A DNA stretch of 64,000 nt from Thermoplasmata archaeon (GTDB taxonomy: Archaea > Thermoplasmatota > Thermoplasmata > Lutacidiplasmatales > UBA184). Each line of letters opens with the position of its first letter. Within the stretch, counting starts at the first letter, position 1. This document shows, piece after piece, positions 18,070 through 28,240 of this stretch. The notes beneath the pieces are model-generated. The model ran no database searches. It had not been told where the DNA came from and saw only the letters and a program-made list of their open reading frames with translations. The stretch is from contig DAHUXZ010000006.1 in NCBI GenBank assembly GCA_027315455.1, forward strand, positions 8,952 through 72,951. The letters run 5' to 3'. Both the position numbers and the translations under genes were made by a program.

Positions 18070-18849
18070 CTACTCTTCGGTCCGGGAGGGGTCGCGGTCG
18101 GAAGGGGAGACCAGGGTGAGGCCGTGGTCCGTGACGCGGGCGGCGAGGGCCTGCGTCCGCTCCGGGTGGTTGCGGACCTTGCGCACGTGCAGCGTCCGCC
18201 GGTCGTCGCGCGGGGGCTCGGCGCCGTGGATGTCCACGACGAGGTCGGCCATGTCCTCGAGGAGGCCGGAGGTTCGCCGCTCGTGGATGTCGGGCTGGAT
18301 GACGAGGAGGACCTGGCCCCCCAGGTTCTGGGCATGGTGGCGCGTCTGACGGGCGAGCATCATCACGTCCGAGGGGTCGAGGACCTCGAGGAAGAAGTCG
18401 AGCGAGTCGACGACGAGCCGAAAGGAGCCGCGCATCGCGGCCAGGTCGGCGAGGATGCGGTTCGCGAGGTTGTAGGTGCGCCGGCGCAGGGGGACCGTCG
18501 GGTGGTCGGAGAGGTCCCGGTAGGTGAGCCCCGTCTCGCGCGCGCGCGACACCTCGAGGTCGCGGCGGAGGATGCGCTCGTAGTACTCGTCGGAGAGGTT
18601 GATCACCTCGAGGCCGTTCGGCGTCCACCCGAAGTCGCGGAACGCCCGCTCGACGTCGTCGGTCCGCTCGTAGGTGGAGTAGTAGTGGACCGGGTCGTGC
18701 CCGAGGCCGGCGTGCGCGAACTGTTTCGCGAGCAGGCTCACGCCGGAGCCGGAGGTGCCGCGAAGGAGTCCGAGCCAGCCGGCCGGCAGGACGTCGGAGA
18801 GCTTCGGGTCGACCTCGGGCAGGTCGAAGATCGGGAGGGCGCCGGTCAT
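18070..18849 (-). CDS. KaiC/RadA-paralogue (RecA-superfamily) protein with degenerate Walker A (no Lys)
   Basis: RecA-like core; P-loop position reads GTSGSGVS. Start ATG overlaps the upstream stop (ATGA). Confidence 0.55.
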   Translation of the reverse strand: MTGALPIFDLPEVDPKLSDVLPAGWLGLLRGTSGSGVSLLAKQFAHAGLGHDPVHYYSTYERTDDVERAFRDFGWTPNGLEVINLSDEYYERILRRDLEVSRARETGLTYRDLSDHPTVPLRRRTYNLANRILADLAAMRGSFRLVVDSLDFFLEVLDPSDVMMLARQTRHHAQNLGGQVLLVIQPDIHERRTSGLLEDMADLVVDIHGAEPPRDDRRTLHVRKVRNHPERTQALAARVTDHGLTLVSPSDRDPSRTEE

Positions 18850-19433
18850 GACCTCGCCCCGCGGCCGACGTCGATCGTCTCGTCGACGATGAGGCTCAGC
18901 ATCTGGTCGAGCGGCGACGCGGCGTCGTCGGAGACGTCGAGGACGACGGCGAGGACCTGCCGGCTCTTGAGATTGTTGAGGAGGATGTGGAAGAACTCGC
19001 TCAGGAGGTCCGGGGGATTGTGGATCGCGAGCGAGTTCACCGAGTCGACCACGACCGTCGCATGCGGGGCCGCCGTGCGCCGAAGGAGGTACTCGACCCG
19101 GAGCATGATGTCCTCGAGCATCCGCGGGCTCTCGACGTACGAGGCGTTGGGAAGCGGATTGCGGTAGTTCATCATGATGTGGCTGATCGCGTCGACGAAC
19201 GAGACGCGGTCCCGGGGGACGTCGAGCGCCTCCGCGAGCGACCAGACGAGCGACGCGGGGTTCGTCACGGAGACGTAGATCGTGTGCGCCCCGGTCTCGA
19301 TACCCACGTCCCGCAGGGTGGCGCTGAGGACGTTGAAGTACTGGTCCGCGTACTGGCGCGGGTCGAGCCGCAGGGCGACGGCGGCGCCCCCCGTGAGCGT
19401 CCGCAGACGCTCGCCAAGATCGGCCCCCCCCAC
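18846..19433 (-). CDS. KaiC/RadA-paralogue-like protein lacking Walker A
   Basis: RecA-fold-like 195-aa ORF directly abutting the upstream stop. No P-loop. Confidence 0.5.
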   Translation of the reverse strand: MGGADLGERLRTLTGGAAVALRLDPRQYADQYFNVLSATLRDVGIETGAHTIYVSVTNPASLVWSLAEALDVPRDRVSFVDAISHIMMNYRNPLPNASYVESPRMLEDIMLRVEYLLRRTAAPHATVVVDSVNSLAIHNPPDLLSEFFHILLNNLKSRQVLAVVLDVSDDAASPLDQMLSLIVDETIDVGRGARS

Positions 19434-20207
19434 CTAGCCTCCTTCCTGGTGGCCGCCTTTGAGGTGGGGCGCCATCAGCATCCCGATCGGGGTGAGCTCG
19501 ATGACGTACTGCGCGCGGGAGTGGGACGTCCCCCGCATCTTGATCACCTGCAGGACCCGGATGATGTCGCCCTGGCGCCGGGTGTTGCCGAGGAGGATGA
19601 CCCCGTCCACGATCGCTTCCTCCACCCCGTAGAGGGACAGGCGGCCCGGGCTCTGGGCGACCTCCGAGACGAGGAGGGTCGTGCAGTCGACCGCCGAGAG
19701 CGCCTGGCTCAGCTTGAGCATGAAGTCCCGGATCCGTTCCTCCTTGCGGATGCGGTAGCAGACGGAGGTCAGGGAGTCGAGGACGACCCGCTTCGCCCCG
19801 AGCTCGGTCACCAGGCCCTGGATCGTGAGGACCAGGAGGTCGACGTCCTCCGCGGTCATCTCCTCGCGGTCGAGTCCGAGGCGGTCGTAGATCACCGGGA
19901 CGTCGACGAAGACGAGGGCGCCGGAGGTCACCAGGTCGGCGCGGAAGAACTCGAACGTCGAGAGGTTCTGGATGAGCTTGTCCGAGGCCTCGGTCACCGA
20001 GAGGAACAGCGACCGCTCGCCCCGCTCCGCTCCCCGTACGAGGAACTCGAGCGTGAGGGTCGTCTTTCCGGTGCCCACGCTCCCGGAGACGAGGATCATG
20101 TTCCCGCGCGGGATCCCCCCGCCGAGGATGTCGTCGAGCCCCTGGATCCCTGTCGCGCACCGTTCGCGCCCCGGCGGCGAAACGCTCTCGGGTGCCGGGG
20201 CGTCCAT
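19434..20207 (-). CDS. KaiC-like / RadA-paralogue ATPase (intact Walker A and B)
   Basis: GIQGLDDILGGGIPRGNMILVSGSVGTGKTTLTLEFL and VVLDSL. Typical archaeal KaiC/aRadC family. Confidence 0.75.
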   Translation of the reverse strand: MDAPAPESVSPPGRERCATGIQGLDDILGGGIPRGNMILVSGSVGTGKTTLTLEFLVRGAERGERSLFLSVTEASDKLIQNLSTFEFFRADLVTSGALVFVDVPVIYDRLGLDREEMTAEDVDLLVLTIQGLVTELGAKRVVLDSLTSVCYRIRKEERIRDFMLKLSQALSAVDCTTLLVSEVAQSPGRLSLYGVEEAIVDGVILLGNTRRQGDIIRVLQVIKMRGTSHSRAQYVIELTPIGMLMAPHLKGGHQEGG

Positions 20208-20231
20208 CGAGGCGAGAGGCGACCGCCTACC

Positions 20232-22727
20232 CTAAGAGGGTTTCTCCGGCCGCGCAAGCGCGACGCGCGTTCGCACGGCGGCCCAGCGGGCCGAAGCCCA
20301 GGCGAGCTCCGCCGGGTCGACGGAGGGGCCGAGAAGGCCCGCGAGCGCCTCGCGGCGGATCGCCCATCGGCCGGCGTTCCCGTGGCCCGCGTCGTCGAAG
20401 GCCCCGGCGCGCCCGAGGCGGCTTCCCGCCTCCCGCACCGCGTCCCCCGCGCGGTCGACCTCGGCCCGCAGGTCCGACAGGGCGACCTCGAGCGTCGGGA
20501 GGTCGCTTTCGAGGAACCCCGCCCAAAGGGTGAGGAGGACCCCCCGCGCGGTCCCCGGTCCGGCCCGCTCGCCGGCCGGGGATAGGATCGGCGCGGGCGT
20601 CGGCGACGCCGGGGCGTTGGTGGTCGTCGGGCCGGCCGCCGCGGGGTCCTCCTCCTCGGGAGCGACCACGTACGGCCGCGAGGATTCCCGTGCGGCGTTA
20701 AGCGCGTCTCCCTCGGCCGCGGCCGGCGGCGGCGGGCTCGTGCGGAGCCAGTCGATCCGTCCGCCCTTTCCGATGAGGGCGAGGGCCTCGCCGCGCGGCA
20801 GCCCGAGCATCATTTCGGGCGAGAGGGAAGGGTGCCATCGGGCGAACTCGCGGGCCTCCTCGGGCGCCCCGCGGAAGACCACGAAGTCCGCCACGTTCGT
20901 GAGCGTCGCCTCCCGCACCGCCTCCGGCAGCGCCGCGAGCGCCTGCGTGGCGAGGACGAGATGGAGATTGGCGCGGCGCCCGAGGCGGAGCATCTCCGCG
21001 ACCGCGTCATGCGCGTACCACTGCGCCTCGTCGAGCAGGAGGAACGTCTTCTCCGACCCGTCCCGGCCCAGGAGCTCGGAGGCGGCGAGGGCCAGATGCA
21101 CCGAGAGCAGGTAGCGGGCCGTCGACTCGCCGACGACCGGCGCTTCCCCGAGGAAGAGGGTGATGCGGCGGCCGCCGGTCAGTTGGCGCACCGACCAGCG
21201 GGGCTCGCGGGCGCACAGGAGCTGGCGCAGGACCGTGCGGCCCGTGATCTCGAAGAGGAGGCGGCGCGCCCCGTCGACCTCTTCCGGACGCTCGAGGACC
21301 CGCTGCCGCAGCTCCTCGACCGCCGGCCGGGCCGAGGGGAAGACCGCCCCGGGTCGCTGCCGCGACGCTCCCAATAGCGCCTCCGCGTCGACGATCGTCC
21401 CGCCGGGGGTCGCCGCCGCGGCCGCCAGGGCGCGGCGTACCATCTCCTCGATCCGGGGCCCCCAGAACGGGGTGTCCGCGTAGCGCGCGGCGCGTACCCG
21501 GCGCAGGGCATCGACCAGATCTCCGAGCCCCCGCTCCGCGTTGACCGCCCCGCGGTCCGGGCCGACGGCGGCCAGGGCGTTGACGGCCACCGGCGACTCC
21601 CGGGGGGCGATGAGGACGACCCGGGACCGGGCGGCCACGGGCAGGCAGGCGAGGAGGCGAAGCCCCGTGTCGCCGACCGGGTCGAAGAGGGCCACGTTCC
21701 CGACCTGGGAGGCCGCGAGGGCGACCCGAATGAGGAGCGAGCTCTTTCCCATTCCGGTCTCGCCGACGATGGCGAGGTGCCGGCCCTGGCGCCGTTCGAG
21801 GGGCAGGGTCAACGCTTCGCCGTGGCGCGAGGTGCCGAGCGCGAGCGCGATCGCGTCGGTCGTCGGGCGCACCGGTGCGGCCACGAACTGCACGGAGGGA
21901 CCGGGAAGGGCGCCCAGCAGTTCGCTCTCCCGGAGCGGGAGATCGGCGTACGCTGATCCCAGGATCGGCCAGGGCCGGCGGAAGACGAATCCGTCGGTCC
22001 CCGGCTGCCGCGCGGCCGCCTCCGCCACCCGGACCGCGGCCGCGATGCACGAATCGGACATGGCCCGCGCCGCCTCGACGTGGATCGTCACCCGCCAGAC
22101 CGGCTCGAGGGCCCGCGCGTCGATGCGGTCGCGCAGCTCGCGCTCGGTATCGGTGAGCGGCGCCAGCCGCCCGCCGACCGGCACGACCGCGGCCTCGACC
22201 CCCGGGGGTCTTGGCCTCCGGGGGGGCGGCGCGGGGCCGGCGGGGACGGCGCTGAGGACGATCTCGGGGCCGAAGGGGAGGATGCGGAGGGCCTCGACGA
22301 GCCCGTCGGACCAGGGCGCGGGGTCGGTCGCGGGCAACGGGAGGCCGCCTCCCGTGCGCAGCGCCGCCCGACGCACAACGCGCGCCCGGGGCCGCGTGCG
22401 CCCGGGATCGACCGCACGGACCCACTGGCCGGCCTCGTAGCCCGCCAGAAGGAGCCGCCCGGCCCAGCGGGCGGAGCCCGGGTCGGGGGCCGCCAGCTCG
22501 ACCCGAGGAGCGGGGCCGGGGACCCATCGGAGCTCGAACCGGCAGCCGAGCGCGTGGCCGATGCGCAGGGCTTCCCGAAGCCGGACCTCCCGGCGCCGCA
22601 GCTCCTCGGGGGTGCGCCGAACGATGCGCGATTCGAAGCGCCAGCGGACCGGCGCGGGCGATGGGTTCGCGCGTCCAGGGCGTTGGTTTAGGCGGCCCAC
22701 AGCGCCGGCGAGACCGACCCCAACCAC
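20232..22727 (-). CDS. HerA/FtsK-superfamily (DUF87-like) ATPase with ~270-aa unknown N-terminal region
   Basis: Walker A AIVGETGMGKSSLL, Walker B FLLLDEAQW and ATQ...P..L motif of the HerA/FtsK/VirB4 clade. Confidence 0.65.
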   Translation of the reverse strand: MVGVGLAGAVGRLNQRPGRANPSPAPVRWRFESRIVRRTPEELRRREVRLREALRIGHALGCRFELRWVPGPAPRVELAAPDPGSARWAGRLLLAGYEAGQWVRAVDPGRTRPRARVVRRAALRTGGGLPLPATDPAPWSDGLVEALRILPFGPEIVLSAVPAGPAPPPRRPRPPGVEAAVVPVGGRLAPLTDTERELRDRIDARALEPVWRVTIHVEAARAMSDSCIAAAVRVAEAAARQPGTDGFVFRRPWPILGSAYADLPLRESELLGALPGPSVQFVAAPVRPTTDAIALALGTSRHGEALTLPLERRQGRHLAIVGETGMGKSSLLIRVALAASQVGNVALFDPVGDTGLRLLACLPVAARSRVVLIAPRESPVAVNALAAVGPDRGAVNAERGLGDLVDALRRVRAARYADTPFWGPRIEEMVRRALAAAAATPGGTIVDAEALLGASRQRPGAVFPSARPAVEELRQRVLERPEEVDGARRLLFEITGRTVLRQLLCAREPRWSVRQLTGGRRITLFLGEAPVVGESTARYLLSVHLALAASELLGRDGSEKTFLLLDEAQWYAHDAVAEMLRLGRRANLHLVLATQALAALPEAVREATLTNVADFVVFRGAPEEAREFARWHPSLSPEMMLGLPRGEALALIGKGGRIDWLRTSPPPPAAAEGDALNAARESSRPYVVAPEEEDPAAAGPTTTNAPASPTPAPILSPAGERAGPGTARGVLLTLWAGFLESDLPTLEVALSDLRAEVDRAGDAVREAGSRLGRAGAFDDAGHGNAGRWAIRREALAGLLGPSVDPAELAWASARWAAVRTRVALARPEKPS

Positions 22728-22823
22728 CTTCGCATGCCCCCCGGCGAGGGATGAACGGTGGGCCGGCGGCCTTCGCTAGTCTCAAGTAGGCCCCACCGTC
22801 CCCGTGAGGGACTGGCGGACGGC

Positions 22824-23942
22824 ATGGCATCCATCGAGGAGCAGATCGACGCCCTCGAGGAGGAGATCCGCACCACCCAGTACAACAAGGCGACCCAGCA
22901 CCACATCGGACGGCTGCGCGCGAAGATCGCGTTCCTCCGGCTCGAGCGCGAGAAGCGCGCCGTGGGAAAGGGCGGGGGGGTCGGCTACGCCGTGCGCAAG
23001 TCCGGCCACGCGACGGTGGGGCTGGTCGGCTACCCGTCGGTCGGCAAGTCGACGCTCCTCACCACCCTCACCGGCGCCATGAGCGAGGCGGGGGCCTACG
23101 ACTTCACGACGGTATCGATCATCCCGGGGATGCTCCGCTACGGCGGCGCATCGATCCAGATCCTCGACATGCCCGGGCTCGTCCCCGGGGCCTCCCGCGG
23201 CCGCGGGCGCGGACGCGAGGTGCTCTCCGTCGTCCGGAACGTCGACCTCATCCTGTTCCTCATCGACCCCGACCACACCGACTTCCAGGCGCTCGTCAAC
23301 GAGCTCGAGGGCGCCGGCGTTCGGGTCAACGGACGGCCGCCGAAGATCGTGGTGACCCGGGCCGACCGCGGGGGGCTGACCATCTCCTCCACCGTGCGCC
23401 TGACGCATCTCGCCGGCGGGCTGGCGATCCCGATCGCCCGCGAGTTCGGCCTGCACAACGGCCTCATCGTCTTCCGCGAGGACGCGACCGCCGACCAGCT
23501 CATCGACGCCCTCGCCGGCAACCGCGTCTACGTGCCGGCGATCCTCGCGATCAACAAGGCGGACCTCCTGACCAACACCGAGAGGGAGCGCATGCGCGCC
23601 TCGGCCCGGCCCTTGGAGCCGCTGTTCGTCTCGGCGCGGACCGGGGTCGGTCGCGCCGAGCTCATCCGGGCCGTCGCCGAGGCGCTGCGGTTCATCCGCA
23701 TCTACGTCAAGCCCCCCGGCCGCCCGCCCGACCGGGACGAGCCCGTCATCCTTCGGCGCGGAGACCGCGTGGGGGATCTGTTGAAGCGCCTCCCCGAGGA
23801 CCTCGAGCGCGGGTTCCGCGCCGCCCAGGTCTGGGGCCCGAGCGCGCGGTTCCCGGGCCAGACCGTCGGGCGCGAGCACCTGCTCGCCGACGAGGACGTC
23901 ATCACCGTCGTCGTTCAGCGCGGGGTCCGGCCCGGCGACTGA
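22824..23942 (+). CDS. drg: developmentally regulated GTP-binding protein (DRG, Obg family) with TGS domain
   Basis: GLVGYPSVGKSTLL, DMPGLV, NKAD and a C-terminal TGS domain. Start at MASIEEQ. Confidence 0.85.
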   Translation: MASIEEQIDALEEEIRTTQYNKATQHHIGRLRAKIAFLRLEREKRAVGKGGGVGYAVRKSGHATVGLVGYPSVGKSTLLTTLTGAMSEAGAYDFTTVSIIPGMLRYGGASIQILDMPGLVPGASRGRGRGREVLSVVRNVDLILFLIDPDHTDFQALVNELEGAGVRVNGRPPKIVVTRADRGGLTISSTVRLTHLAGGLAIPIAREFGLHNGLIVFREDATADQLIDALAGNRVYVPAILAINKADLLTNTERERMRASARPLEPLFVSARTGVGRAELIRAVAEALRFIRIYVKPPGRPPDRDEPVILRRGDRVGDLLKRLPEDLERGFRAAQVWGPSARFPGQTVGREHLLADEDVITVVVQRGVRPGD

Positions 23943-24666
23943 CGGGCGGCGCGGACGCCCCTGCGACGAGGGCGCGCGTCGGCCGTCCCCCGAGAAGGAA
24001 GTGGCGCTTGTGGAACGGCTCGAGCGCGATCGTCTCCTCGATCTCGAAGGGCCCCTCGAGCCGATCCTCCGCCTCGTCCCGGTGGCGGCGCGGGTCCTTC
24101 TCCCGGCCCATGCTCGAGGTCTTGAGGGCGAGGAGCAGCGCCCCGCTCCCCCGGAGGAACAGCCGGGCGTTCGCGAGGGCCAGGTCGACCTGGTCGGGTT
24201 GCGCGACGTCGAGGTAGAGACCGTCCACGAGAGGGACCCGGTCGAGATACGCCTCCGGTCGGCGGGCGTCGGCGAGGACCGGTAGCAGGTTCGGGTACCG
24301 GCCCCCGAGCGCGAGGAGGCGCGCGAACGGGCGCAGGCTGCGCTCGACCGCGTAGACCCGCCCCTCCCGGCCGACGAGGTCGGCGACGTGGGAGGCCGTC
24401 GTCCCCGTCGCCGCGCCGAGGTAGAGCCATCGCTCCCCCGGGGACGGGAGCGGCCCGGTCCAGCCGCGGGCGAGCGCGGCGCCGAGCTTGCTGCGGTACG
24501 GGTCCCAGCGGCGGAGCGGCCGATCGCCGACGTAGGCGATCCGCTCGCCGTAGACCGCCGGGGGATCGCCCAGGGCCTCGGTCCAGAACTCGGCCCGACG
24601 GTCCTCCTCACGACGGTAGAGGTGCCCCCCGACCGGACCGGGCCGGTCCGCCCGGCGCCGGGTCAT
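23902..24666 (-). CDS. flpA: fibrillarin-like rRNA/tRNA 2'-O-methyltransferase
   Basis: LYLGAATGTTASHVADLVG SAM motif and fibrillarin fold. ATG overlaps the nop5 stop (ATGA). Confidence 0.85.
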   Translation of the reverse strand: MTRRRADRPGPVGGHLYRREEDRRAEFWTEALGDPPAVYGERIAYVGDRPLRRWDPYRSKLGAALARGWTGPLPSPGERWLYLGAATGTTASHVADLVGREGRVYAVERSLRPFARLLALGGRYPNLLPVLADARRPEAYLDRVPLVDGLYLDVAQPDQVDLALANARLFLRGSGALLLALKTSSMGREKDPRRHRDEAEDRLEGPFEIEETIALEPFHKRHFLLGGRPTRALVAGASAPPVSRRAGPRAERRR

Positions 24667-25526
24667 CCCTGCCTCCGCAGCTGCTCGACGCGCCGGTCCC
24701 GGCGGGCGACGAGCGCCGCCGCGACGTCGGCGTGGGTGTAGGCATCGGCCCGCGCGGCGATCACGGCCAGCGCGGCCAGCGACCGGGCGTAGCGGCCGCG
24801 GCGATCCGGGGGGACGTCGGCCATCCGCGCGGCGCGGTAGAGGAGACCGAACCGGGGGCCGTGCCCGCTCGGACGCCGGCGGGCCCCGAGGATCTGCAGA
24901 CGCGCGCCGGTCGAGCGCGCCAGCGCCTCGAATCCGCCGGCGGCGGCCAGGAGGCGCGCCGCGATGCGGGGGCCGACGAGGACCGAGAGGTTGGGGAGGG
25001 TCGCCCGCGCGAGGCGTTCCAGGCGGGCGGCCAAGCGCTCGTGGTGCTCGCGCTGGGAGAGGAGGAAGCGGTCGTGGTCCCGGGCGTACTCGGCGAGCTC
25101 GCCGGTCGGCCCGGGAAGGAACTGCTCCTTCGCGCCGGTCTCCCGCCCGACGGTCCGCTCGACCCGCTCCTCCTCGCGGGCGAGGGCGATCAGCGTCTCG
25201 ACCGGGGCGGCGAGGGCCTTCTCGAGGTCCGCGCGCGCCCGCGTGAGGATCCACGCCCGCTCCTCGGCCGCGACCGGTAGGGGGAGCGCTTCCCTCGCCC
25301 GGCGCAGCTCGGCGACCCCGGCGGGATGCACGGCCACGCCGAGCGCCGTGGCGCTCGCGACGAGGGACGGGTCCACGCACCCGACCGCCCCGCGGCCGGG
25401 CCGGGGCAGGAGCGCGCGGAGGTTCTCGGGAAGGGGCCCGGACGACCATGGCGCCCCCACCGGCGGGCGCCCCGCCTCGACCCAGTACGCGCGCGGGCCC
25501 TCCCGCAGGAGGACGCCGTCCGCCAC
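24663..25526 (-). CDS. nop5: C/D box snoRNP protein Nop5 (Nop56/58)
   Basis: NOP domain LVGPRIAARLLAAAGGFEALARSTGARLQILGA. Upstream of flpA as in other archaea. Confidence 0.8.
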   Translation of the reverse strand: MADGVLLREGPRAYWVEAGRPPVGAPWSSGPLPENLRALLPRPGRGAVGCVDPSLVASATALGVAVHPAGVAELRRAREALPLPVAAEERAWILTRARADLEKALAAPVETLIALAREEERVERTVGRETGAKEQFLPGPTGELAEYARDHDRFLLSQREHHERLAARLERLARATLPNLSVLVGPRIAARLLAAAGGFEALARSTGARLQILGARRRPSGHGPRFGLLYRAARMADVPPDRRGRYARSLAALAVIAARADAYTHADVAAALVARRDRRVEQLRRQG

Positions 25527-25529
25527 CCC

Positions 25530-26936
25530 CTAGAACTCCTCCAGCGACCTCTGGAATCGCCGGTGCTCCTGCGGGACCTCGACCGGATACCGACCGGTGA
25601 GGCAGCCCAGACAGAGGTTCTCCTCGCGCAGGCCGATCGCCTCGACCAGGCCGGCCATCGACAGGTAATGGACGCTGTCCGCGCCGATGAGCTTCGCGAC
25701 CTCCTCTTCCGACCGTCCCGCCGCGACGAGCTCCTTGCGCTCCTTCATGTCGATGCCGAAGTAGCACGGCGCCACGATCGGCGGGCAGCCGATCCGCACG
25801 TCGACGCGGAGGGCGCCCGCGTTGCGGACCATCGCCACGATCTCACGGAGCGTCGTCCCGCGGACGATCGAGTCGTCCAGGAGGACGATCCGTCGTCCCT
25901 TGAGGAGACCGGGGACCGGGTGGAGCTTCACCCGCACCTCCTCCTCGCGACGCTTCTGGTCCGGGAGGATGAACGTCCGCTCCACGAACCGGTTCTTGAT
26001 CAGCCCCTCGGCGTACGGGATCCCCGCGACCTCGGAGAAGCCGAGGGCCTGCGGCCGGGACGAGTCCGGCACCGGCATCACCACGTCGGCCTCGACGGGC
26101 GACTCCTGCGCGAGCCGCTGGCCGATGCGGTGGCGGACATCGTAGACGCTCCGTTCGTCGACCACGCTGTCGGGGCGGGAGAAGTACACCCATTCGAACA
26201 TGCAGTGGGCCCGCTCGCCGTTCGTCGCCATGCGGCTCGAGTGGGCGACCTGGCCCTTTTCGAGGACCACGACCTCGCCGGGGAGCACGTCGCGCGTGAG
26301 TTGGCCGCCCATCAGCTCGAGGGCGACGGACTCGCTCGCGACGGCGACGCCCCCGTCGACGGTGCCGAGGACCAGCGGACGGATGCCGAGCGGGTCGCGG
26401 AACGCGACGACCCGGTTGCCCATGACCATCACGACCGCGTAGCCGCCGATGAGCTCGCCGCAGGCGCGGCGGATCGCGCTGTCGAGGTCCCGCGTCCGGC
26501 CGTACTCGACGGCGATCATCTGCGCCATCGTCTCGGTGTCCGCGCTGCCGAGGAACTCGACCCCCTGGGCCTGCAGCCGGCGGCGGACGCGCTCGAAGTT
26601 GACGATGTCGCCGTTGTGGGCGATGGCGGCCTCGTCGTCCTTGAGCTTCACGACGATCGGCTGGGCGTTCTCCAGGTCGCTCGTGCCGGTCGTGGAGTAG
26701 CGCACGTGGCCGATCCCGACGGGACCGCGGAGCGCCTCGAGCAGCTCGCGCGAGAAGATCTCGTGCACGAGGCCCATCCCCTTGCGGTGATGGAGGACCC
26801 CGTGGGAGGTCGTGGCGATGCCGGCGGACTCCTGGCCCCGGTGCTGGAGCGCGCGTAGTCCGCGGTAGAGGTACGGGGCGGCGCCCTTTCCCTGGAGCGA
26901 TATGCCGACGACGCCGCAGAACTCCCGGTTGGGCAT
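25530..26936 (-). CDS. purF: amidophosphoribosyltransferase
   Basis: N-terminal CGVVGI Ntn-glutaminase start, PRTase motif and C-terminal [4Fe-4S] cysteines. Confidence 0.9.
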   Translation of the reverse strand: MPNREFCGVVGISLQGKGAAPYLYRGLRALQHRGQESAGIATTSHGVLHHRKGMGLVHEIFSRELLEALRGPVGIGHVRYSTTGTSDLENAQPIVVKLKDDEAAIAHNGDIVNFERVRRRLQAQGVEFLGSADTETMAQMIAVEYGRTRDLDSAIRRACGELIGGYAVVMVMGNRVVAFRDPLGIRPLVLGTVDGGVAVASESVALELMGGQLTRDVLPGEVVVLEKGQVAHSSRMATNGERAHCMFEWVYFSRPDSVVDERSVYDVRHRIGQRLAQESPVEADVVMPVPDSSRPQALGFSEVAGIPYAEGLIKNRFVERTFILPDQKRREEEVRVKLHPVPGLLKGRRIVLLDDSIVRGTTLREIVAMVRNAGALRVDVRIGCPPIVAPCYFGIDMKERKELVAAGRSEEEVAKLIGADSVHYLSMAGLVEAIGLREENLCLGCLTGRYPVEVPQEHRRFQRSLEEF

Positions 26937-27016
26937 GACTCGGGGTGGGGGCTGTGCCTCCGCCCCGAGCTACCTTGGAATGGGTTTTAAGGCAAGCGCT
27001 GGGGGGTGGCGCCGGC

Positions 27017-27343
27017 TCAGCCGAAGAGGGCGGAGAGTCCCTCGGCCGCTTCCTCCTCGGAAACGCCCTTCTCCTCCTTCTTCTCCTCTTCCTTCTTCTC
27101 GCCCTTGCCTTCCTTCTTCTCGGCCGGTGCGGCCGGAGCGGCGGCGGGCGCGGCGAACGTCTCGGCCTTCGCCAGGACCTCGGTCAGATTCACTCCCTCG
27201 AGGGAGGCGAGCAACGCCTTCACGCGGGCCTGGTCCGGCGTGACCCCGGCGGCGGTGAGGATCTGGCTCAGCCCCTTCTCGTCGATCGGCTTGCCCGCGG
27301 CGTTGAGCAGCAGGGCTCCATACACGTACTCCATCTTGCTCAC
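27017..27343 (-). CDS. rpl12: 50S ribosomal stalk protein P1 (L12)
   Basis: [11 protein letters not shown]-terminus and acidic/KEKKEEE tail ending [12 protein letters not shown]. Confidence 0.9.
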   Translation of the reverse strand: MSKMEYVYGALLLNAAGKPIDEKGLSQILTAAGVTPDQARVKALLASLEGVNLTEVLAKAETFAAPAAAPAAPAEKKEGKGEKKEEEKKEEKGVSEEEAAEGLSALFG

Positions 27344-27365
27344 TCCTAGGTGTCTCGCTGGACCT

Positions 27366-28226
27366 TCAGTTCTTCTCGAGCGCCTTCACGGCCCGCGCCT
27401 CGCGCAGCGCCCGCGCGAGGATCGGGGTGATCGTCTCGGGAGTGGGATAGCCGGCCGCGACCGCGACCAGAAGGGCGCGGCGGTGCGCCCGGCTGAGGAG
27501 AAGCGGCGTCGACTCGGCCGTGGGGTAGGCGAGCTCGACGGCGAGGCCGAGGGCCCGGCGGTGGGCCTGGACGAGGTCGTTGCGGCGCGCGTCCAGGTCG
27601 ACCCCGAGGACCTCGGGCGGGTAGAACGTTCCCCCTTCCACCACGGCGCGGAGCTCGAGACCGACCTCGAGGGGAAAGATCTCGAGGCGGGTGAGCATCG
27701 CGGCGACGGCCGCGGGGATCGGGGCACCGGCCTTGACGATCGTGATGTCCTTCTTGAGGACGACTTTCCCCTTCTCGATCGCCGCGGGGAACCCGGCCTG
27801 CTGCAGCTCACCCACGATCGGCCCCGGCTTGAAGCTCGTGGTCTGCGCGGGCACGACGATGTCGTTCGGCGCGATCTCTCCGCCCCGCGCCGGGGTCGGC
27901 GAGCGGGTCCGATGCAGCTCCTGGAAGAGGCTGAACGGGTTGCCTTCGGCGGTCAGGACCGCCGTCTGGTCGGCCACGTGCTCGAGCAGCGGCGCGAGCG
28001 CCGGCGCGTCCTTCGCCGCCTGGGTCAGGGCGTTGCGGATCGCGCTGTTGGTCGCCACATGGATCGGGTGGCCGCGTTCGCGCAGCTCGCGCCGCATCGA
28101 CTGGAGCGCGCTCGCCGGGATCCCGCGGACCCCCACGAGGGCGATCATCGGCTGCCCGAGGACCTGGGCCTTCAGGCGAGCGACCCGTTCGGTCTTCTCG
28201 GGGCGCACGGAACCGCGACCGGGCAT
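27366..28226 (-). CDS. rpl10: 50S ribosomal protein L10 (P0)
   Basis: Full-length P0 similarity. Sits between L1 and L12. Confidence 0.9.
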   Translation of the reverse strand: MPGRGSVRPEKTERVARLKAQVLGQPMIALVGVRGIPASALQSMRRELRERGHPIHVATNSAIRNALTQAAKDAPALAPLLEHVADQTAVLTAEGNPFSLFQELHRTRSPTPARGGEIAPNDIVVPAQTTSFKPGPIVGELQQAGFPAAIEKGKVVLKKDITIVKAGAPIPAAVAAMLTRLEIFPLEVGLELRAVVEGGTFYPPEVLGVDLDARRNDLVQAHRRALGLAVELAYPTAESTPLLLSRAHRRALLVAVAAGYPTPETITPILARALREARAVKALEKN

Positions 28227-28240
28227 CGTCCGACCTCCTC

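Noticed and set aside
21007-25767. Very long minus-strand ORFs 21007..22830 and the N-terminal 370 codons of 23902..25767
   Set aside because: Alternate frames of the HerA-like gene and of nop5. The translation is Arg/Gly/Pro repeats. Only the C-terminal 254 codons of the second (fibrillarin) are real.
27050-27140. Tandem CTTCTTCTCCTC-type repeats
   Set aside because: Coding low-complexity sequence for the [11 protein letters not shown] acidic/lysine tail of ribosomal protein P1, not a repeat element.
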